NCBI RefSeq assembly: GCF_009914755.1
Contig: NC_060928.1
Origin: the human T2T-CHM13v2.0 reference genome, Homo sapiens
DNA: 64,000 bases
Strand: one strand, 5' to 3'
The notes under the pieces are model-generated. The model made no database searches and was not told the DNA's origin. It was given only the letters and a program-made list of their open reading frames with translations. This document shows, piece by piece, positions 26,795 to 39,189 of the stretch. Within the stretch, counting starts at the first letter, position 1, and each line of letters starts with the position of its first letter. A program made the position numbers and the translations under genes.

Positions 26795-27259
26795 TTCTTA
26801 CTGGCTTTATTTACGTGTCAAATTTTGAATATCTCACTCATTATATATATTATATATATATCAACTCATTATATACATTACATCTATATAATGATTGTCT
26901 GTCACCCATTATATATAATATATGATATATATATCAAATTTTGATTGTCACACATTATATAATATATATTATATATCAAATTTTGATTATGTGTTACCCA
27001 TTATATATGTATCATTAGGTATATTATATATTTTGTAAAATAATGTAATATATAATATAACAATATAATATATGATATATGATTATGTATATTATATATC
27101 ATATATTATATATAATGGGTGACAGATAATCAAAATTTGATATATAATTTACATATATAATATATAAAATATATATAAGCCAGTAAGAATATATATATAA
27201 AGCCAGTAAGAATAAATACATAAAGACAGTAAGAATATATATACACATATATATATAGA
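26795..27259. repeat. AT-rich fold-back / scrambled TA repeat region
   Basis: Direct and inverted copies of tcaaattttgatt, gtcacccattatatat and ttcttactggctt separated by TA runs. Confidence 0.85.
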
Positions 27260-27476
27260 TTTCTCAAAAATTAATTATTTCATGTCTTTATATGAAACTG
27301 AAACAACTACAAGCCTTACCGCTTGTTTACATTCATAAGGCTTTTCTCCACTGGGTCTTTCCATATTTCAAGGGAAATAGAAAAACTAAAGGCTTTACCA
27401 CATTTCTTACATTCACAGGGTTTTTTTACCAGATATAAGATGTTTTATGCTTTTGAAGGGAAATGCAACAACAGAA

Positions 27477-27480
<4 letters not shown>
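27260..27480 (-). pseudogene. Inverted duplicate of ZNF pseudogene segment 25229-25449
   Basis: Reverse complement reads ...ccctgtgaatgtaagaaatgtggtaaagcctttag...ccagtggagaaaagccttatgaatg, colinear with 25229-25449. Confidence 0.9.
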
Positions 27481-27525
<45 letters not shown>

Positions 27526-27680
27526 GAAGTTTATATATATATATATATAAAACAGAAGTTTATATATATAACAGAAGTTTATATATATATAACAGAAGTG
27601 TATATATACATATAAACGAAGATATACATATAATAAATATATATACATATAATAAATATATATGTATATAATATATATTA
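27468..27680. repeat. (TA)n plus aacagaagtt-(TA)n minisatellite
   Basis: About 5 copies of aacagaagt separated by TA runs. Confidence 0.9.
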
Positions 27681-30600
27681 TACTTTTTTAATGGGATCAA
27701 CTATTTTTGTTGAAAAGATGTTTATTCTGTTTTATTTGCTAATAAATAATTTAAATAATAGTTATCAAAAAAGTTTTAAAAATTTAAATTATAAAACCAA
27801 ATATTAGGTTTTTGTAAATTATGTCTTTCAACATAATGAGATGCTACTTATCATCCTGCACTTTACTGAGAAAATTTGATTCTCAAGACTTCCATTAAGT
27901 AACAATAAATTTGTTTATTTTCATGAAAGCTTTTGGACAATTAAGACTAGGATTCCTATGAAATCTATTTTGATTTTAAAGCTATAACATATTTGAATTT
28001 TTTTCATATACATAGGTGCAAACACATATGGTGTAAAATTGGTAATTTATAAACTTTAAGCTTATTGCATTATATTGGAAGAAATTGTATGGACTTGACA
28101 CAAAAGAACTTGAATGCCTAGAGAGACATACACATTCAGACATAAACACAGGCATAAACAAAAATCTACTCCATCGTTACAAAATATTTAATTCACCAAG
28201 TTTGATATATTGTATTAATATATTCAATTGACTAATTATTTGTCAACTTCTGGTTCTATCACTTTGTCTAATGTTTTAATCACATCTATAGGCATAACGA
28301 TGTAGATAAATTGCTTTATGACATATTTTATTGACTCAGGCTTGCTCTTTCCTATTAACAAGAAGTTATAGTTTTTTGCTTTTTTTTTTTATTGATCCTA
28401 GAATTTAGAAACAATGCCTTGAACCCTACTCTCCTAAAAGGAAAAATGAGTGAAGAGCACTTAACAGTGATTGAACCAGACAGTCCTGTACAAAATCATG
28501 GCGAATGTGCATTCTAAATAGGTAGGTAATTGTACAAGCATATTGCATAGAATACATAAGTGGAGCCTTGGAGGTCAAAGAGTAGAAGCATACCAATTAG
28601 GCTAAGTATCCAACTAAATTGGTTTTCATTGTGTAATTGAAAAGTGATTAGAAAGAAACAGAAAGGTTTAAACTGAAAGATCTTTTAGTTTAAATCTGAC
28701 AATAAAACTATGTTATTTAGATATGGTAAATAACATATTCCAGAAGGAAGTTTTCTAGAAATTCAAAATCCTCCTTGTGTATACATTTGGATTCTTTTTG
28801 GGTTTTTCTCTTGTTGTTAAGCACATTTCCAAGCTTTTAGTTAATAAAAGAAGCATATTTATTTAAATACTATGTGAACATTACAAAGTTATTTGGAAAT
28901 CTTTTCTTAATCACTATGTTTCCAGTGAAATAAACTCATCCATTCACTCACTGTTTTTGGTGAACAATTTAGATAATTAAAAAAAAACATGAAACATTGG
29001 CCTAAATAATTTCATCCATTCACTCATTTCTGTTGGTGAATAATTGAGAACACTTAAGGAGAACTGTGTATCCACCTAAATCATGCATATTCATTATCCC
29101 CTCAGCTAAAATATATTACTTGCAATCAATGCTACTTACACTTCATATTTGTAGTAAGACTTGATTCCTGTGTTGATTCTGTTCAATAATATAAGAGTTT
29201 AGACACTGCTAAAAGAAACTATAGCAAGAAAGGGGGAAGGAAATTGCTCTTTCAAGAACCTATTCAGGGGACCAAACCCATACTTTGCCCTTCTGCCAAC
29301 CATTCTTTCAGGCATCAAAACAGCCCTTAAAATACAGACATAGAAGATCAAGAGGCATCATGCATGGCTTCATCAAAAGCAGCATGCGTTCAAACTCAGC
29401 TTCTCCCTAGGCTAAATGCATTCCCTTTATGAGACTACAACTTTCACATTGGCTTTAAAAGAACTATTCAGTCTTTGGATAAATGGAATAGGGCAGAAAA
29501 GAGTAGTTTCTGTTGCTCCGATTCTTTCAGCCCGTAATTCTTTGCAAGGTTGAGAACAGACCAGAGAATGCTAGATCATGAGATGTCTGGCTGCAGACAA
29601 AAGATGAGCCTCCTAGGCCCTAAGCGATGAACCTCCCATCGCATGCACACACCCTACACAGACTGTGTTCTCTCAGTGTTTCTGGAATAATTCCATGAGG
29701 CCCTATTAAGAGTTTGCTTAATCAGAGAAAATATCAAAGCGTTTAATTGTTTGCAATTCTTCTGAAGTTGCAGAAACCAACAGCCAATTAGTACTCAAAG
29801 TTCTCTTTTCAGATGGGAAACTAATCTCTTTTTAATAGAAACTTTTCCTACTGTTTTTTTTTTCTTGGAAACATACTTTGCAACCCAAATCACATTTAGA
29901 ATACAATGAAACAGAATATGAAATGATATTTTTCTGCAAACTATCATCTTTTCTGGTTCATTTTCAAGATCTTTGATATTTACATATGACCTTTCCATTT
30001 TTATTAACAGTTTGTTGAATTTTTGCATTCCAGCCAGCAGAAGAGAAAGGTAATTTACAGAAAGATTTGACAGTTATACACACAGCTATAAACTTCAGTC
30101 CATTAACTTATTTCTTGTGTAACCTTTAGTCAATTCTACCAAAACATCCATATAAGCATATGCCTTTTTTCCTTTATGTTAAAGAGGTCTCATTATGGGA
30201 CCCTATTTGTAGAATGTCAAAAGAAAAGGAAACAATTTTATAGTGTCTCCTTATGGTTCACAGATGTTTATGGCTTTTACTTTTTAAGTCACACAAGTAA
30301 AAATCAAATATATTTATGTGTTGCTCAGATTTCTATTACATGTGAATGGATACATATTTGACATCTTTTATTTGGTTAATTTATAATTATACATTTGATA
30401 ATGGTAATATTGTTTTAACTATTTAACTTTAAATAGTGGCTTAGAATGGTCCTATAAAATTCATGGCATTTTCTGAAGCAATACATAATGTTATTTCTTT
30501 GTAAAACATACGAAAGTAATTCTAAAAGTTTATGTTAAAGATTATATTTGAGCCTTAAACTTTGCTAAACTATGTCTTAAAAATATAGTCATTTTTAACT

Positions 30601-31020
30601 TCTTGAAGCCCTGAAGTTGATAAACTTTTGCATAAATATAATGACAAAATTGCATTCCAGCAAAATGAAAATGTTGTATATTATTTGGCTTTGCACAGAA
30701 TGGATGTTTCTAATTAAATATTAATATTTAAATGCATGGCATAGCACTCTAAATGGATTTTTGTACCACTATGCCCTGAGTCATTTCTGTTTGAAAAAAG
30801 GCACCAAAGAGAAGCTGTAAAACAAAAAAAAGGGAATGAGGACAGAAGAAAACTGTACTTTAAAAAATATGAATCATGTTTTATTATTTGTAAAATATCA
30901 TAAATTGGAGTGCTTTCTCCAAAACAATTGAAAGCCAAATACTGTATATTCATATCACCTTCACTATAGAAAAACAATTAAAAACACAAAATATAAACAT
31001 TTATTTAAAAAAGTAAGATG

Positions 31021-31147
31021 AACCAGATGTGGTGGCAGGTGTCTGTGGTCTTGGCTACTCGAGAGGCTGAGGTGGGAGGACTGCATGAGTTTAGGAGTTC
31101 AAGGCCAGTCTGGGCAACATAGCTTGACCCTTAAGTCTTAAAAAAAA
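31021..31147 (+). mobile_element. FLAM-type Alu monomer
   Basis: gtggtggcaggtgtctgtggtcttggctactcgagaggctgaggtgggagga...aggagttcaaggccagtctgggcaacatag plus A tail. Confidence 0.8.
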
Positions 31148-32611
31148 TATGGTATGTATATATTTGAGAAAGAAATGGAATTAGTAGTAAGAATAAACTG
31201 TAAGAGGTCTCAGTTTGTCTTTATATCCTTTGTATGTAGGAAGGAAGTGATAACTGAAATATACTGATGAAACCTGAAAATTAGTAAGTAGCTAAGTTAG
31301 GGCCAGTTGAGCTACATAACCATGGTACTAGGAAAGTGTGCACTAATAAATTGTTGTGATTGTAGTAAGCTGAAGACTCTCTACAAGGTCCATAAAGTGG
31401 GCATAAAATGCATAAGATAGTAAATTATTTTCCAGAAAATGCGTTAAACTTGAGGTTTTCTGGAATTCTCAGGGAAACTGATTCTTGTTTATATATTTAC
31501 CTATACTTTATAGAGTTGTAAAGAAGTTAGACCGGCATATTTCTGTGCTGTGTATTAAACAATAATGCCAGTTGACCTCACAAAACAGAAATGAGAGACA
31601 CATTTTACTCAAGAATAGTTTTTCACTGTGCTTCATCTTTTTTATTTCTGCTTGCCCTCTTAAAGAAATGGAAAAGTTCCATAGTGCCATCTGGTGTCAA
31701 TTAAGGAAACAGCTTCTTTCAAGGATTGTCTACTGGACTATTCTTCTAAGCCTCAAGCTGAGACTGTTGTTCATAAAAGCTGAAAAGGACTTACAACTGA
31801 TTATGTAATATATGTTTATGTTCATTTTTACCATATTATCTTTATCCAGAAAAATTAAATGATTTTCTTTCTCCAGAGAAGGGTATGTATACTTATTAGT
31901 TTATATTTAAGCTTAAGAAAAAACCACTTGTACGTGTGGAGATTTTATATATAAGATTAGGACATATATGTATGTTTGTATGTCCTAAATCTTTACCAAG
32001 TTCCTTACTGGTGTGCTATCAAGTTTTCTTAAAAGTTATCATCATATATTATGTCATTGTTTACATATATATATAAGATTTAGGACGTATATATATGTGT
32101 GTGTGTGTATATATACATATATATATATGTCCTAAATCTTTTCCATACAAAGTTATGATTTCAAAATACATCCATTCAAATCTCCCACTTTAATTTTAAA
32201 TTGTCATTACTGCTATGCCAATTTGCAAATACAAAATTAATAACAGCAGTCTCTGATTTTTCCTACAAAGTTTGTTATAGTGTGTGTGTGTGTGTGCATG
32301 ATCATACAAATATTTGAATTGTGAAATCAAATGGAAACTTTCATGAAATGCAATAGAGTTGCAGGTATTTTGTGTACTGTCACATACCTCTTGTTGATTT
32401 TTATTTCAGCGTATTCTATTTTTGACAATATTTATTATTATTTGTGTGTATGGTTTCATAAAAAAACTTGTTTTTTTTTTTCTTTTCCTACATTATGCTA
32501 TGCTGATGTTTTCCTTAATTGCTAACCCTTTATTCTGTCTTCATTTGGGGTATCATGCGAGACTTTTTCTCTTCACTTTTTCTCTCATTGCCTCCCTAGT
32601 CATTTGAAGGA

Positions 32612-33235
32612 TGTTGAGGCTCAGAAAACAATACCCACAAATGAAGGCCTCAGAAGCAAAATTTTCTCTGCCCTCTGTGCCCTCCTCTCTTCCAGTTCCA
32701 TTCTCCCTAGAGGCCAGCCATAGAATCTAGAGTCCCTCTTCCCCAGTGTGGGTCACAGGAACTGGAGCCCTTTTACCCCAAAGCCAGCCATAAAGCCTAA
32801 AAATTTCATTCCAACTTTCCATCCAATTCTGCTTAAAAACTGACCATAAACAAATTATCTGACCAACCTTGTTTGACCACAGTTCATAAGATTCCTATTC
32901 CAGAGAGGACCTTGCCTCACATCCAGAAGGAAGTGCTTAGAGAGGTCAAGAAGAATGTAGACACACAGGCTTTGCTGGGTTTCCCAACTCAGTCTATTAA
33001 CATTATACCATACTCAGTTTGTCCAGTCATATTTCTACATGGCTTTCCATACTTTGTTGAAACTAATAAAAAAAATGGTCAATTTCCCCTGTATTTTTGG
33101 GTCTTGATTTCGAAGGCTCCTATGGATACATTTTAAATAAATTTAATGCCTTTTCTCCAATTAATCTGCCTTTTGCCAGCTGAATTTCAGAGATCCTTCA
33201 GAGGGCAAAGGGGAACATTCCCTTTTGCCCCTACA
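32612..33235 (+). mobile_element. MER39-type ERV1 solo LTR
   Basis: tgttgaggctcagaaaacaatacc...cttcagagggcaaagggg...gcccctaca; TSD agga/aggc. Confidence 0.8.
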
Positions 33236-33397
33236 AGGCTAATACTCTGTTATGTCTTCTGTCACTTTCTCATATTACCTGCATTAACGTCACAAATTAA
33301 ACTTTGGATATGATGTAAGTGACTTCTAGAGGTTCCTTTTAAGGCTAAAATTTTAATTTCTGACTTTACTTTGTCAGATATTACTAAAAAGAGTCTT

Positions 33398-33525
33398 CCA
33401 TTTAGTCTAGTGTTCCATTATTGGAACGCTAAGCATGTGGGAGTTATTTATATCCTACTGCTCAAGGTCATCACCAAGGTCTAATTGCAAAAATTCAAAA
33501 AACTGCAACCTCAGGCATAAATGGG
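33398..33525. mobile_element. MER85 (piggyBac PGBD3-derived MITE)
   Basis: ctagtgttccattattggaacgctaagcatgtgggagttatttatatcctactgctcaaggtcat...ctcaggcataaatggg followed by TTAA. Confidence 0.92.
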
Positions 33526-36339
33526 TTAAATCGTGTAAGACAGAAAATGCCAAATTCATAGTTCCTTATGTTTTACAACATTTAAACAAAACCACTGTTT
33601 TTCTCCAAATATAGTACTGATTTTTTTGTGTGTAAACTATCTGAATGTTATTACGGTTAGAGAAGCTATGCAATAATTAATCATTACATATAGTACATGC
33701 CCCTGTGTGTGTTTTATGCACTTCTAAAAAAAAATTACATAAGTCCACAATAGGAAAATAACACTTTTTACAGGCTCAACTTGTTTTCAAAATTAATATT
33801 TATCTCTGGAAAGGCTTCTGACCAGTTACTTTTTAAATATGGACTGAACCATATAAATAGCATTAATCACTACTTGCACCTTTCTCTACATATAAAAAGA
33901 AACCACAATGGCTTATTCCAACATTGCTTAGATAAATTACATCTGAGGCTGAAAATGTAAATGAATGCTTTTCAAAAAACTAACCCTCACAAGCCATGTG
34001 GTTCCTCTGTTAGTATTGTTTAGAAACCTTAAAACATCATGACCTGATTAAATACTGAACAGGTCATGAGTGAAGTTTAACTGACTGAAATATTAAAGTA
34101 CTGAACAGTTATAAACTTGGCTTGTTTTCTTTTTCAAAACACCCATGGACTAATCATGCAAACCAATTAGCAAACTTCAAACAAGTGAGTAAATACTCCA
34201 AAATTAATAGCATGTAATTATTCGTGATATATACTCAAATGACTTGTAAATGTCAGTAAAGCAAAATTGTGTGAGAGAACTTTTTAAAAGTCTGTAAAAT
34301 ACTGATTTCTAAATTAGGTCTTAAAGAGTTGAGCTGGGAGACATTACAAAGAGTTCACTCAAACTTGTTAAGAATGGAGCACTCAGTCAAAACTAGATTC
34401 TGTAGGTGGGAGTACATATAGAGTATTCAGGAAAACTGAGGAGAACTACCTAATTATAGCCAAAAGTTAATATTAGCAGAACAACAAATGTGCTCATGTG
34501 GCATTTCTCATGGGACCACTGAAGTGATCTGGAAGGAGAAGTGACCTATTTTTCATATTTAAAAGATCTTCTCTTTGTGTCCTTTCAGCAAAGTAGTAAC
34601 CCTGGTTGAAAGCATTTTGTCACTAAAGCACTTTTATTAGGTATGTGCTGCAAAGGCACATGCATTCCATTAAGCAGCATCAGGAGAAAAATCTGAGAGG
34701 CATGGATCACAGATGTGTGGGAAGAGAAGGTTGAGTGTTGACTTTAATGGCTAGAGCTATATTTACTGGTATCTGGAAGTGAGCTGTGGGGGCTAATAGA
34801 TGAAGGATAATGATCACAAGTGTTATTATAGCCCACGTATTAGTGATGACTAATCTCTGTTACTAAGTAGAGTTCTAGAGAGATATTGTATCACAGAGTG
34901 AAGTTAGTCTGTTCCCTGGCTTGCTCTTAAAAAAAAAAAAAAGCCATGGAACAGTTATTTGAGGAATCAATCAGTATAGATATTAACACTCAATTAAGAT
35001 GATTAGGATATGCAAGTTGCAAATGATTAGGATATGCAAGTTGCAAATCCTTGCCAAAGTTGCCACTTTGAAAAATAATAACATGTATTTTAGTATATAA
35101 GTAATTGTAAATGGTGTTTTTCTGCTGAAGATAGGTATAAAATAGTTATTTCTTAGCTTGTGCCAATGCTATTTCGGCACAAGGATTTATTTGTGGGTAC
35201 AAGGGAATAACAATGGAAGATAGAAGGTACTGGTTCAAGAAAAGTCTCTGAGGCATTTATATTTTGATACTAAGACTCAAAAATGAAGACTATATGCTAA
35301 TGCTGAAAGATGTACCATAATTCACTTTAATGCAGACCATAATGCAAAACTTAGTCTTCATCCACAGAAAGTACTGAAAAATGAAGAAATAAGACTGGTG
35401 ATATTGTTGGCTATATATTTATCATTGTATTTATTAAATGAAAGTATGCAACCTTGTTAGCAATAAGGATCAGAGTCGATTTGAAAGATACTCATAAGGC
35501 AATAGAAATTACATGCATATGTACATTAAAAACCAGAATCTCATTATTTGTCATATTCAATTGGTGAAACATTTGTCCTTTAGGGAAATGAAATTCAAAT
35601 ATTTCCATGATGTAGGACTATGCTACTCTGCAATTCATTTCTGACTGGAAATATAAAGGTGACAGCTCTTGAATTCTAGAGAGGGTTGCACTATATGTTT
35701 AGAATAATGGAGAAGTTCTGGAAATATTCCAAATCAGCTTGGAATGTTAAAGCAACATAATTCACTTAAAATGTCCATTATCCAAAGAATATAAACTGAA
35801 CTGACAGCTGCCTATAGAAGTTGATAAATTTTAAACTTTTCATCACTTGCCTTTGGTCCATCTTTGCTGAAATAATTCAAGCTAGAGTTAACCATCCAAG
35901 CAATCATTTACATTCTTGGACTCACTCAGAAAATGCTCATGTATAATCAACCTAATTCTTAAGAATGTTTTAAAGGCATAATGATCCTGAATATTTTAAA
36001 CTAGATCATAATACTGTACTGTGTTGCGATGCTATAGCACCTTTCAAATTAGATTCACGGGTCACTAAAACTCATTATTTAAAGATTAGAAGTCTCTGTC
36101 GTAGATCAGCGTTTTATAGATGAGGATACGCTATCAATCTAGACAAAGAAGCTTATTTAAAATTACAGAGCACTGGAAACCAAGAAGAAAAGGGTATAGA
36201 TATTTTTAGAAATTGTACCTGTCCTTCAAAGTGTATTTATAGTGGTTTATCTATTAACCTTTTTCCCACTAAACCAAGAGTGATTTCAAACACATTTGCA
36301 ACTTTCACCAGCAACTACACCCCTCATCTTCTACATGGT

Positions 36340-36590
36340 TAGCCAGCATTTGCTTTATAACCTCTCAAGCCTCACATTGTGCCATGCTTCTTGTATTTCT
36401 CGGGACTTTGGCTATTGTAGACTTCTCTATGCTCCTTGATCATACCATCTCTTGACTCCACCTCATCATTTCTTCCTGGAAAAACAACTCTTATATTTCT
36501 TCTTTATAAATCAGGCCTTCATTTATGTATTATTATCATTAAATAATCTTCCCTTGACACTCCCAGACTAAGTTATATACCCCTCTGAAA
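36340..36590 (+). mobile_element. L2 fragment
   Basis: Pyrimidine-rich L2 3'-like motifs (aactcttatatttcttc...cttcccttgacactcccagact). Confidence 0.4.
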
Positions 36591-39189
36591 TAAATTTTTA
36601 TCCCAAACTGCCCCTTTAAAAACAAACATCCTCAGGCTGGGTCTATTATAATCCCTTGGGCCACTGCAATTGAAGCAGAAATTAAGGTTTATTAATACTA
36701 GGTGAAGAAAGATATCATAGATGACTGAGATAACCAGAAGGCCAGACAAGTAACAATGCTCTTTTAGATATCCTTTCTCTACAGCTTCTGTTTTGTTTCA
36801 TGCTGGTGAGCTGAGGGAGAAAGCAATGTACAATTGAGCCTACTGAGTGGGATCAAAAGATGGTTAAACACAGGGTTAAGTATGCATTTTCTTCTTTGAA
36901 GCAAAACCTGCAGAGACCTTCATGGGGAATTGAGACCCATTGGGCCCACTGAAGTTATTAGTCCAGAAGAGCTCACTCCACACTAGATCGTGAATCAAGA
37001 AAGGGGAAGGCACAGTTTGAAGTTTTAGCACGGCTGCTGATAAGTAACATACCTTTTCTCTGCCTGGTATTAGAACAAAGGACAGATAATTATGAAAGTT
37101 AGACAAATGGAGGTAAAAGTATTGCTTTCTTTATTAATAATTTTTTATAATTAAGCCTTAGTTTTCATAAATATTGCAAACTTTAGTTACTCAAAGGCAA
37201 ATGTTCAATTTTAAGTCTAGCCACAAAGACAGTACCTGTACTGTTAAGTCTGAAAATGGCTAAGAAGTGATGGGAATGCAGGCTTTTGCTGGGAAGACTT
37301 ACTCCGAGTTACACATGCCTAGTTTTTCTCCTAGACTTTTCAGTTAGAATTCCTTCTCAGGTAAAAACTAAGTGAGGAAATAAAGTGTCACTCCAGAAGC
37401 TTCTCTCTTAATTGAAATATGATGGAAAGGAGTTTTAAATCCCTCCCAAATATCCTTGCCAGGTAGCTCTATAAGCAGAATACATGATAAATCACACCCT
37501 TTCTCTCACCTTGGTTTCTTTTTTGGTATATTAATTAAGGGTAAATTAGGCAGGTTTGAAGAACATTCAGCATGTTTACTTGTAATGAACACTTTACATT
37601 ATAAATAAAATGGAACATGATGAGTTGGAACTACTTATTTTCATTTGAAATCCTCATTCTTCCTCAATATTACAATTTTTTGTGGAAGTAGCTGCCTGCT
37701 GCCGATACATTTCTTTGTCCCCTTTATTCTCTATAAAACAATTAGACCAAATGTAGTTTCTAGGTTTAGCTCTTTTGACAATTGTTTATTTTTCAGTTTC
37801 AGACCCCACAGTGCTCTCTGGAATAACTAGTGTCTGTCTGTCTGCCTGTCTGCCTCTCTTTACTTATATCTGCTCTCATTTTACAAACCTTTAAATTTCA
37901 AAAATTTCTCTGTAACACTTCCTTTGTCCTACCAATTTATTGGATTATATACCAAATCTAGTCATCTTCTATTATTCAAAGTATATCTTGCATTACACAA
38001 ATCCATCATCTTGAGAGTAATCTTGTGAATTATAATATATGAGGTAAAAAGCATTTTAGAAATTATCAATTATTTTTCAAATATGGAAACTGAGGCACAG
38101 AGAAAATAACTGGTTTGTTCCTTATAGTTTGGTTATTTATCATTACTGCCTAGATTAGTTTGTGTTGCTAGGATACACAAGTAACTTGAATATGCTAGTA
38201 TGACTTAATTCTTGTCTATTTGTTGTTAATATAAATGTATTCTAACATTCAACATTAGTAAAATGGAACCATTCAAACGTCATCTTCAATGTAGCTTGAG
38301 GAAACTTCACAAACTGATTAAAATGAACTATTAATTTTCCACGGTTTGCATATCAGCTCAGACCTTTTTCTGGTCTGTTAAATTATAGGTTTCGATGTCA
38401 ATGGCAAAATATTGTTTCTCACTCAGTCTCCAAAACCACACTGAAACAATATGAAAAGCATTGGTTCTTGCAGTCATTGTGGTCCAATTGTACTGCTCTA
38501 AAACACGTCCTCTATGCTCACCATATCAGATATCCTGCCATTTTGGCACAGATTAACTGAGCACCTAGGTGGAATTTTCTTTGCAGTATTCTTTGTGTCC
38601 TAAAACTAGAGACTTTGAACCACAGGACTACTGCTGGAAATCCTTGATTTCTACAAATTTCTGGCCATTTTTTTTTTGTCTTAATTGTTGATGTTTTCCT
38701 GGAGGAGGAGGGTGGCTGGCTTGTAAAAGCATCACTTACCCCTTGTTAATTTACACACCTGAATGATGTTACCCACATAATTTTATGTATTATCTCTATA
38801 ATATACCACATTACAAAAGGCTAATAAAAGCACAGCTAGTATCATTGGTGTTTACGCATTGCTATATACAAATATAATTTCTGTGACACATGAAATTATA
38901 CTCGTAAACCCAACTCCATTTGGAAAACAGTTTTAATAAGTGAATAAAATACAATAAAAATTATCACAGTAAAATTAAACAGTTGGGCACCTGAAACTTC
39001 ACTTGCCAATCTTCATCTCTATAGGCCCAATACTGTACATCTCACTTAAGTTGCTATTTGTAATCAGTGCCAAGTGATATGTAAGAAGTGTAAGGCATGT
39101 CCTCTGCCCATAGGTGTTATGAGTCAACATTAAGATTTGCTAAATGGGAACATGTGATATGACCAGCATTCTCTGCTAGCTACTCCCCA

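Larger units (their letters stand above)
25204..27798 (+). pseudogene. 5'-truncated processed pseudogene of a C2H2 (KRAB-type) zinc-finger gene: degenerate terminal fingers plus 3'UTR
   Basis: CECKKCGKAFS, SGEKSYEC and HTGDGLYK linker-like motifs with frameshifts; AATAAA at 27741, degenerate A tail; candidate TSD aaatatcaggttctt (25189-25203) / aaatattaggttttt (27799-27813). Confidence 0.8.

Noticed and set aside
27468-27620. Repeat-spacer look resembling a CRISPR array
   Set aside because: Spacers are only (TA)n, the DNA is primate, and there are no cas genes.
34570-34646. Possible 52-bp exon (pyrimidine tract-cag ... ag|gtatgt)
   Set aside because: Splice-like motifs are common by chance; no partner exons or coding signal visible.
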